The notes beneath the pieces were generated by a model. It searched no databases, was not told where the DNA came from, and saw only the letters and a list, made by a program, of their open reading frames with translations. Source: Octopus bimaculoides (taxonomy: Eukaryota). From it: a stretch of 64,000 nt of DNA. Position numbers and translations under genes: made by a program. Where the stretch lies: NCBI RefSeq assembly GCF_001194135.2, contig NC_068991.1:2301405-2365404 (forward strand), read 5' to 3'. Position 1 is the stretch's first letter. Each line of letters starts with the position of its first letter. Shown here one piece after another: positions 54,652 to 64,000 of this stretch.

Positions 54652-55676
54652 TGCTATTTATTTCATTGAATGCGAGGCATTCATTTCCAAGTAAGTTTAT
54701 ATATATATGTACAACGGGTTTCTATACAATTTTCATCTACGAACTTTTCTCACTAATTATTGGTCGGCTTGAGACTACAGTGAAAGACAATGGCCCAAAG
54801 TGCCACGCTGTGGGACTGAAATCACGTGAATATAAAGCGAACTTCTTAATCACACAGCCAGGCCTGCATGCATCTGTCGCGCCTCCTTTGTCCCCAAAAT
54901 AAATATAAAATTTATCATGTCTCTCACCCAGGTGCGATGGCATCCAATTTGAAAAAACAATGAGACACTACATGCTTTCAGCCGTCTCGGTTGCTTCAAA
55001 CGTTTTAATCCTTATACAACAGTCGTGTGACTTGTCTTAATAGTTGCAAAATATACATAGCAGAGTCTTATGACAAGTTTAAGCCATAATTCTTACACAA
55101 CAAACTTCTAACAAAAAGGAGGGAAAAAAATAACGTCTGATACCTTTTGATTCAGTAAAGAATGCAAGATCAAAACGTTCTAATGTAAGACACCCAGATC
55201 ACTTTGACAGTGAAGTATATCCAGAACAAATCCATAAATCCATACAGCTGACGTATATTGTATATTTAGTATATCTATCCTTTCTAGTAACCTCACCGTT
55301 TTCGGATATATTGCTAAATTTAGATCCATATAACGCAAACAAAAAGTATTTTTAGTCTCATACATGGAAAGTAGTTTAGACAGCTGTCCAAGTTCCGGCC
55401 AAAGACCACAAAAAAATACTAATTCAGCACCATTAATGACAGAATCGAATCCTTTTAATCGATAGTGGCATATGTGAAAAAGACGTCAAGCTAAACCGCC
55501 GGCGGCCATTTTGTTTTCAGTTAGTAATCAATAAATACTGTAGCAGGATTTGGCGCTAAGACGCCTGTGTGGTTTTGTTTCGGTGGATGCCATGTGGCGA
55601 GAAATAGTAAAACGATTTATGAGATAGGGTTAGGTTAAAGTATGCCTATACAATATCTACATACATATATATGCAC

Positions 55677-55745
<69 letters not shown>

Positions 55746-55747
55746 CC

Positions 55748-55787
<40 letters not shown>

Positions 55788-55804
55788 CATCTATCTACAC
55801 ATAT

Positions 55805-55993
55805 ATGGGCGAAGGTGTGGTTGTGTGGTAAGAAGCTCGCTTCTAAATTACATGGTTCCGGGTTCAGTCCCATTGCATGGTACCTTGGGCAAGTGTCTTC
55901 TACTATAGCCTCGGGCCCACCAAAGCCTTATGCGTGGATCTCTTAGGCGGAAACTAAAAATACCCTTCCGTTCTATGTATGTATGTGTGTATG

Positions 55994-56024
<31 letters not shown>

Positions 56025-56185
56025 GTATGTATGTATGTATGTATGTATGCATGTATGTAGCTGTGTCTATATATATGTGTATGTGTCTTTGTGTCTGTGA
56101 TGATCCCCCATCACTGCTTGACAACAGAGCTTTTCGGCAAAAGAGACCGATAGAATGTTAACAGGCTTAAAATAAGTACAGGGGC
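55805..56185 (+). mobile_element. SINE family A copy (left arm of an inverted pair)
   Basis: Head GGGCGAAGGTGTGGTTGTGTGGTAAGAAGC, internal (TATG)n, shortened tail. Confidence 0.8.
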
Positions 56186-56502
56186 ACCGCCTTGCAGAGT
56201 CTTATTTTTTAAAGCCTGGTAATTTTCCTCTCTGTCCTTTTTTGTTGAACCGCTATGTTATGGGGACGTAGATACGTCCTCACCGGTTGTAAAGCGGTGT
56301 TGGGCGACAAACAGACGCAAAAACACTAACACACACATGCTTCGTGTTCTGTTTTTCAGTTTCCGTCTACCAAATCCATTCACAAGGCTTTAGTCGGCTC
56401 ATGGCTATAGTAGAAGTCTCTTGCCCAAGGTGCCACGCAGTATTATTGAACGTGGAACCATGTGGTTGGGAAGCAAGCTTCCAGCCACACAGTCATGCCC
56501 GT
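56186..56502 (-). mobile_element. SINE family A copy (right arm of an inverted pair)
   Basis: Reverse-complement tail, then head ending GGGAAGCAAGCTTCCAGCCACACAGTCATGCCC. Confidence 0.8.
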
Positions 56503-57032
56503 GTGTTACATATCTTCATCAAACTTCACCTCTGCTTCTCCCATTATACTCTTATACAACAATATATTTTATTACATAGTTAGTATTTGTAAGCATTCAT
56601 GGTAATATCACAAAGGAAATGGCTAAACATTCGTCTATTACTTTAAATGCTGTCACACAACCCAGCATTAATATGCAAACAATTGACGCAGGTCGCTAAC
56701 CAGCAAAGAACATTAGCCTCCTACCAGGTATTTCTAGCATGACTCTTGTCCTAATGTATAATGGCTCGAAAACAGCTAAGGTAAACTGCACTTATTTACA
56801 ACAATACACACTTGCATGTATTGATGTAAGCAAACGTTGGAAGTCGCACAATGAGAACAGCTATGGGCAACTGCTTTGAAACCTCAGAAATAAAATCTGT
56901 TAGCGGAACAGTAAAAATATGCAAGAAACCATATTCCAACGATGGAGCTTTGTATCCTGGTCAGAAACCAGCTCCTTTATTGTAAGGAGAGTTGAAAAGC
57001 ATAAAAAAAGAAGAGAACATACGCACGCACAC

Positions 57033-57087
<55 letters not shown>

Positions 57088-57313
57088 ATGTATATATCTT
57101 ATGTATATATTTGGATGTCGTTGTTTTTAGATTCTCATACTGTTATACCATCTAAATTTGCCTTATGTTTATCTTTTTACGATAGTTTTATCACGCATAC
57201 ATATTATCACACACGCATACTAACTTACACAAGCCTACATACAGTCATGTACATACTTACATTCACATAAATAAATACATACGTACATTCATGCATACGC
57301 AGAAGCACATAAG

Positions 57314-57397
57314 TGCACCCAGAGGCAATCGAACGGCGAACTGCACCCAGAGGCAATCAAACGGCGAACTGCACCCAGAGGCAATCAAACGGCGAAC
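57314..57397. repeat. 28-bp tandem repeat, 3 copies
   Basis: TGCACCCAGAGGCAATC(G/A)AACGGCGAAC repeated head to tail with no spacers. Confidence 0.95.
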
Positions 57398-57817
57398 GAT
57401 CATTTTCCATACAACGAAAACAAGAAACTTTCCACTAAAAATGTCGACATGTCATATAGAAATACCGAAATATCTAATTTTGTACTTTCTTGATTATGAA
57501 CAACGATTTTATTTCGTTCTTTACCTCTCTGTCGTTCTGCCGGAAGTCAAATGCTGTTTGTCGGAAGTGAAAACATTCCCAGCATTCCCCTTCTGCCTAC
57601 CGCATTGGCGACATTTTACGTATCCTGAAATGCTGTAAGTGACGTTTCTTTCTGAAAAATATGGCTTCTGTCCTGTTGTAACTTTTGGAACAAGCAGGAA
57701 CTACTCTGCACACACGCATACGTACATGTGCGTGTTTGTGTTAGCGTGTGTATATGAAAGTGTGTATGTGTGTGTGTGTTAGTGTGTGGTGAGTTTCTGT
57801 GAATGAGTGTGTGTGTT

Positions 57818-57850
<33 letters not shown>

Positions 57851-58249
57851 GTAGGCCTGTATGAGAGAAATGGAAATCGAAATAGTGACAAAGAGGATGG
57901 TTACGTTCATGATGATGATGGATCTAACGGCAATGACAGCTATGGCTATGATGAATTGCATAATGATTATAGATGATGGCGGTGATGACGGTGGTGGTGG
58001 TGGTGGTAGTGTTGGTGACTTTGGTAGAACTATTTTTGTGATCATAACTCGTTAGGTGCGTTGTGGCATAGCATATACTTTGTCTTCAGCGCCATAGTAG
58101 AAAAAAAGAGATACTGGAATTATTCTCTCCTTCCTTCCCTCTCTCTATCCCTCTCTATCCCTCCCTCTCTCCCCCTCTCTCCCCCTTTCTCCCTCCCTCT
58201 CTCTCTCTCTCCCCCATCTCTCCCTCCCTCTCTCTCTCTCCCCCTATAG

Positions 58250-58500
58250 AGAGGTTGCATCTAGCATCATTAATTTTGTACGATCTAGCATGACTAAATA
58301 TTTTTCAATTTGTATAATTATGTTGTATAATTTCTTACTATCCTTCAATTTCCAAATTAGTTTACTTAAACTAGTACTGTTAAACCTGTCTCTATTTCTA
58401 AAGGTGTAATCATGGTTTGCAATCCGTTTTTTAATAAAATTTTCCGTTGACCCTATGTAAAATAATTTTTTTCGTTTCGAATCCACACTACATCTATATA
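58250..58500 (-). mobile_element. Penelope-like element fragment, GIY-YIG endonuclease
   Basis: LFYIGSTENFIKKRIANHDYTFRNRDRFNSTSLSKLIWKLKD matches the PLE GIY-YIG pattern YIG.TE..FK.R..NH..SF.....ST.LSK..W.LK. Confidence 0.8.
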
Positions 58501-58779
58501 CATTGTTGTTCTGTAAGGTTATAGTGTTTGTATATTATATTATATTATATTCATACTATATTATGTTATATTATAATATAAATAAATTATTGAATTGTCA
58601 ATTGTATTTCTAATTTATTGTTTGTAATTTGAATTATACCCATATTTATGTGGTATTCAACTGACGTACCAGTGAATTGGATGTTTTACACACCCCTTTG
58701 AAGGAATTCTTTTCCTCATTTTGTTACTTTATATATATATATATATATATCCTTTATTAAAAGCAGCAGAAATATCACA

Positions 58780-58825
58780 AAAACTGTTACTCAGAGTTTC
58801 ATGTTCCCGTTCGTCGGACAGTTTT
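58780..58825 (-). ncRNA. Minimal type I hammerhead ribozyme motif in a Penelope-like terminus
   Basis: Minus strand reads AAAACUGU-CCGACGA-ACGGGAACAU-GAAA-CUCUGAG-UA-ACAGUUUU, followed by AATAAA and (AT)n. Lies next to a GIY-YIG fragment. Confidence 0.65.
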
Positions 58826-59029
58826 ATTAGAATGGTACATATATATGTATATGTTTGTATGTATGTATGTATGTATATATATATACATGTATATATGTAT
58901 GTGTGTATATATGTATGTGTGTATATATGTATGTGTGTATATATGTATGTATATATATNNNNNNNNNNNNNNNNNNNNNNNNNNNNNNNNNNNNNNNNNN
59001 NNNNNTATATATATATATATATATATTCT

Positions 59030-59500
59030 TTTACTTGTTTCAGCCATTAGATTGTGGCCATATTGGGGCACCGCCTTGAATTTGGATTCGAATGAATCGA
59101 CCCCAGCACTTTTTTCTAAGTGCAGTACTTATTCTATCGGTCTTATTTGCCGAACCGCTAAGTTACGGGTACGCAAACACACCAACATCGGTTGTCAAGC
59201 AGGGGCGGTCGGACAAACGCAGACACACACACAGATATACATACATGCATACATACATGCATACATACATAGATACATACCCACACACATATATGTATAT
59301 ATATATATGTTTATTTATATATATATATATACATGTGTGTGTGTATGTATATATATACGACGGTCTTTCAGTTTCCATCTACCAAATCGATTCACAACAT
59401 CTTGGTAGGCCCGAGGCTATAGTAGAAGACACTTGCCCAAAGTGCTACGCAGTGAGATTGAACCCAGAACCATAAGGTTGGGAAGCAAGCTTCTTACCAT
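59030..59500 (-). mobile_element. SINE family A, full length with internal microsatellite
   Basis: Collinear with the copy at 28-530. Further partial copies lie near 9400, 19845, 22085, 25930, 27535, 29640, 31185, 31775, 33985, 45295, 49680, 52740 and 54715. Confidence 0.85.
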
Positions 59501-59879
59501 ACAATACAGAGCTGAGTAATCGCAGAATCCTACGATCTTTCGATTGACCCACTTATCTCTCTTATATCTTTGTCATGTATCTATTTATCCGTTTGTTTCT
59601 CTCTCTCTTTCTCTCCCTCCCTCTCTTATCCTCTCTCTCCCTTTGTTGATACTTCCATCGTTAGCGTCTTTCTCTGCTGTTGTCCTCCACTCTAGTACAC
59701 TTTTTTCCAATTCTCCTTCACGAGACTTAAGTGTAAATCGATCATGGCATTTAGAAAACACCAAGGAAAGGTTACAAAACAAGAATAACGTCAACAACAA
59801 CAATAATCAATAACAACAACTACAATAAAAAACAACAATAATAATAATGACGATGATGATGATCATGATGATGATATTC

Positions 59880-59925
<46 letters not shown>

Positions 59926-60144
59926 TAATAATCCTTTCTACTATAGACACAAGGTCTGAAATTGTTGGGGAGGAGACTAATCGATTACATCGACCCCAGT
60001 GTTTTACTGGTACTTAATTTATCGACCTTGAAAGGATGAAAGGCGAAGTCTACCTCGGCGAAATTTGAACTCAGAACATAACGAGGGGCGAAATACCGCC
60101 AAGCGTTTTGCCCAGAATGATGAGGATGATGATGGTGATGGTGA

Positions 60145-60175
<31 letters not shown>

Positions 60176-60334
60176 GGTGATGGTGGTGGTGGTGTTGGTG
60201 GTGGTGATGATGATGATGATGATGATGGCCTTTTCTACTAAAGGCCTGAAATTTTGGAGGAGGGGGCTAGTCGATGACATCAACCCCAGTGTTTCGCTGG
60301 TACTACTGTGTAAATCTCTCTGAGAGATTTAGAA

Positions 60335-61380
60335 ATGTATTATTTCTAAACTCAATATTAATTGTGGAATCCTTCAAGGAGACTCGTTATCCCAAGCAAA
60401 ATCCTAAATAAAATAATTTATTGGTAGAAGATGTATGGAAAGACCATCAATCATCTTTTCTGTATGAATGACTTGAAACTGTTTATGGAAAATGATGAAC
60501 ACCTATAAGCACTCATTCACACAGTCAAGGAATTTAGTGATGCCATCAAAATGGAATATGGGCCTGAGAAGGTTACCAATGGAAAACTATCAAACGCGTG
60601 CAACGTCACTTGAGATAGAGATACCGAAATAAAGAATTAGGTCCTGAATGTAGTTAAGTATCTAAGAGTATGAGAAACAGAAGGGATTAAACATTCACAA
60701 ATGAGAGAAAAGATTCGGAAGGATTAATGCCGAAGAGTTAGAGCCATTCTGAAAACAGAGTTGATTGCCAAAAACATCAGTCAAGCTATAAACACGCTCT
60801 CCGTGCCTGTCACCACATACAGCTTCAACGTTACAAACTGGTCTCTGTCTGAGACAAGAAAGTCGATGTAAGAAATCCGAAAACTGATGGCAACGCAACA
60901 TATGCATCACCCAAAAGCAGCAGGCATAGACCAAATATACCTCCTGAGAAAAGAAGGCAATTAGGGGTTCATAGAATCTCAAGTCACATTGAAAATTTGC
61001 AACCATGGGACTTCCTGCTTACCTGCAAAAAACAAACGATTAGATACTAAAATTGGTTCTGAAAAAATGAAGACACCAAAATAGTTGCATTCAGTGACGA
61101 AAAACGAAAAGTATACCTTCAAAAAATGCAACTAGATGAACGAGTACCTAAAGAAATTGTGTACCCTACTGACATGGAGAAACAAATCTTGGCAAACAGA
61201 CCAGCTGCCAAGTTAATTTTGTTTGACAAAAGTATGGGTAAAGAATTCAACATTTTGGACAATAGTCTTTTCTCAATAACAACTGTGAGTGCAGAGAAGG
61301 GGAAAAAAAACAAAACAAAACAGAAAGGATATGAAATGAAAAGAATTGCATGTTCTGGTAAGGTATTTTCGTGAATGACA
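60335..61380 (+). mobile_element. Degenerate R4-like reverse transcriptase fragment
   Basis: INCGILQGDSLS and TINHLFCMNDLKLF...LIHTVKEFSDAIKMEYG correspond to the QGDSLSP and HL.YMDDLKL motifs. Many stops and frameshifts. Confidence 0.85.
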
Positions 61381-61776
61381 GAACAACGGAAGGGTTAAAT
61401 TTATTTTGTTCTTCGAGTTTTGAAAAATCCTTTTCATTCTTTTGAACTCACCAATCTAGATATATTTGTAAGAGTTTGAAGTTTGTCTGAAGACGCAATC
61501 AAGCATAATTTTGAAAAATAGATAAATAGATAGATAAATAGATAGATAGAAAGATAGACAGATAGAAAGATAGATAGATACTGGGAGGGTGGAGAACTTG
61601 AAAGAAGAAAAAGAGCGAGGCGAATAGACGCACACATACATATATACATGCACGCATACATTCGCACACACACACACACACATACACATATGCAATACAT
61701 AGGTACAAACATACATAGTTAGGCAGAGAGCTAGATACTAACCAGACAAGTGCACCTATAAAAGCAGTCTGTCTAA

Positions 61777-61826
<50 letters not shown>

Positions 61827-61889
61827 ATACATACATACATACATACATACATACACATGTATGTGCACATGCAAGCATCTATGAGCGTG

Positions 61890-62560
61890 TTGTTAATTTC
61901 ATAGACAGGGATGCGTTCATATCGAATAAATCTGAAAATCTATTTATGGAAAACATTTTTTCTCAGTCTGTTTCTCTTGAGTTGATTTTCTTCATAACAC
62001 GACCGAATCTTTCTTTCGCCAGAGAAGTGTTCCAGAAGTAGCCATCACACCATACACTTCACATTTCAATACTCGAAGTTTCATTTACCTCTACAACGAC
62101 TAACTCTCCACTTAATATTCCTCTGTGGCAGTCACACCAAAACTTATGTTATATATTCTACGTACTTGTATAATAAGTTTAGATTACAATGCAGCTCGTA
62201 TTTATTTTTCAAGAGTGCAGAAGGAAGAATCTTAGAATATTCGAGATGTTGTGGCTAACGTATCATACGCACGGTGTCTTGTTTCATTGTCAAAGCATTT
62301 ATCTTTCAAAACAATTCATCCTTCTTCTGAAATACTTAGAGTGGAATTAGAAATTTGGATAAATTTGGAACAATGCGTCGTTGCAAAATTGACGAGTTGC
62401 CCGTTAGCTTGTAATTATGCGAGCTTTTCTTGTGAATATAGATTCAGTGTACGAGATGTGTTAGCATAGCCGTTTTGCCGCCAATTGTTTGGCTTCACTC
62501 ATAAGGCGCTGACTTATTTGACATCAGAAATTTTAATGTTTCTATCATTCTCCGGTCTGT
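61890..62560 (-). mobile_element. Degenerate Helitron Rep-domain relic
   Basis: Ordered frameshifted motifs HCSKF, ILPSALLKNKYELHCN..KYVEYI and IFRFIRYERIPS resemble the Helitron CSK.FPK, VPY.P.LL.KY..HINVE..IKY and WRIF.F.IH.R.P.V motifs. Confidence 0.45.
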
Positions 62561-62605
62561 TATGCTCTAGCACCTGATCTGTTTGGACTGGGAAATCCTA
62601 GAGGA

Positions 62606-62702
62606 TTCTTCTTCTTCTTCTTCTTCTTCTTCTTCTTCTTCTTCTTCTTCTTCTTCTTCTTCTTCTTCTTCTTCTTCTTCTTCTTCTTCTTCTTCTTCTT
62701 CA
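62606..62702. repeat. (TTC)n microsatellite at the LINE 3' end
   Basis: Direct reading. Confidence 0.98.
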
Positions 62703-63430
62703 CTTTTAATCTGCATGTTTGTTACAGTCACTTGCTGAGACACACCCAGCGTCCTAGGGCGAGTGAAGGATAAGACATGTTACAGTAGCTTGCGGAAGGC
62801 AAGTAGCAGGGGCAGTAGCAAAATATCTTCATGTAATACAACACAGACATTTAAATTGATAAGGTCTTTCTAAGGATGTCGGCTGTACTTGTCAACACAA
62901 TCTTTTGGATTTCTCTGAGACATGCTTCTCCTGAGATATTATCTAGATGTTTTTGACATTCTTTTCTTATCATACCTAGGGCTCCCACAATAACAGGAAT
63001 AGGTTTCGCTTTAAGATGCCACATCTTTTGTAGTTCAATTTCTAGGTCCTTATATTTATTTAATTTGTCAAATTCCTTTACAGATATATTTTTTCTCAGT
63101 AGGAACACTTACATCTATTAGTCTACAAGTATTTTCTTCCCTGTCTTTAATGACTATGCCTGGTCGATTAGTCTGGATCGTTCTGTCAGTGTTGACTGGA
63201 AAATCCCAGAGGATAGTGACATTTCTACCTTCAACGCCTGGCAAAGGATGACGTTCATACCAGTAAGCAGGAATGATGATTTTGTAGCGTTTACATATTT
63301 TCCAATGTAAATACCGTCCTACCTTATCGTGGCGATTTCTGTATTCGTTCGGCGTCAGCACAAGAGTTCCCGAGACGGTCTATTGTCTCGTCAAATGTAT
63401 CGCAAAATCTGCATTTAGGGTCAGAACCGT
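62703..63430 (-). mobile_element. 5'-truncated R4-like LINE of a second subfamily, ending in (GAA)n
   Basis: YRNRHDKVGRYLHWKIC...ILWDFPVNTDRTIQTNRPGIVIKD...LIDVSVP / KYKDLEIELQKMW...LRKTLSI*. Has a different 3' UTR that runs into (GAA)n. Confidence 0.9.
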
Positions 63431-63924
63431 TTTGAAGAACATTAGCTAGGTAGCTTTTGGTAAGCAAACTTTGATCTTGTGCCGCTAATTATTATTATTA
63501 TTGTCTCTTACTGCAAACATTGCTGAGGAAGGTGTTGTTGATGATGATGATGTTGATGATGATGATGTTGATGATGATGATGATGATGAAGATGATGAAG
63601 ATGATGGTGATGATGATGATGATGTTGATGATGATGATGATGATGAAGGTGATGGTGATGATAAATGCAACGATGAGTATGAAGTGGAATGTAATGTCGC
63701 TGTTCGTTCCACTCCCAACCTACCAAACGCAGTCACCTATCCCCACCCCATACCTCCTCCCCCAAGGAGAGAATCCAATATCATTTGCCAAACCCATTTA
63801 ACATTTTACTAACCCTCACTCCGGTTCTATCGACTTCCGAAACACGCGTTGCAAATTTACAGTCATCACAAATCTATCTGCACGTTGCTGGTGGTGGTGG
63901 TGGTGGTGGTGGTTGTTGTGACAA

Positions 63925-63956
<32 letters not shown>

Positions 63957-64000
63957 ACGATGATGATGATGATGATGATGGTGGTGGTTGTTGTAGTGAG

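Noticed and set aside
55495-55640. GGCGGCCATTTT (YY1-like) and TAGGGTTAGGTTA telomere-like motif
   Set aside because: Too short for an interstitial telomere. Such motifs are common in DNA-transposon remnants, and there is no other support.
57314-57397. 28-bp repeats of CRISPR-like length
   Set aside because: No spacers, no cas genes, eukaryotic context.

Overview
Eukaryotic, AT-rich, microsatellite-dense scaffold with about 5.6 kb of N gaps, most of them flanked by (TA)n. The SINE, LINE and microsatellite content looks like an Octopus (cephalopod) genome; this is inferred from recognised repeat style, not from a search. I see no prokaryotic features, CRISPR arrays, rRNA or intact tRNA genes. 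Almost all ORFs in the supplied track are microsatellite or gap read-through. The one well-supported host gene is a minus-strand, tandem-MAM-domain extracellular protein gene. Three of its exons splice in frame with canonical GT-AG sites (21176-20981, 9841-9714, 4967-4815); its 5' and 3' exons were not found. The rest is transposon debris: three tRNA-headed SINE families plus an RTE-like tail repeat, R4/Dong-like RLE LINE pieces in microsatellites, RTE, mariner/Tc1, pogo/Tigger, Helitron and Penelope-like relics, and a foldback MITE. The most interesting non-coding signal is three copies of a 46-nt minimal type I hammerhead ribozyme motif from a Penelope-like terminus. Two copies sit back to back in a near-perfect palindrome (30428-30562) and one lies beside a GIY-YIG fragment (58780-58825). 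Repeat boundaries were read by eye and are approximate.
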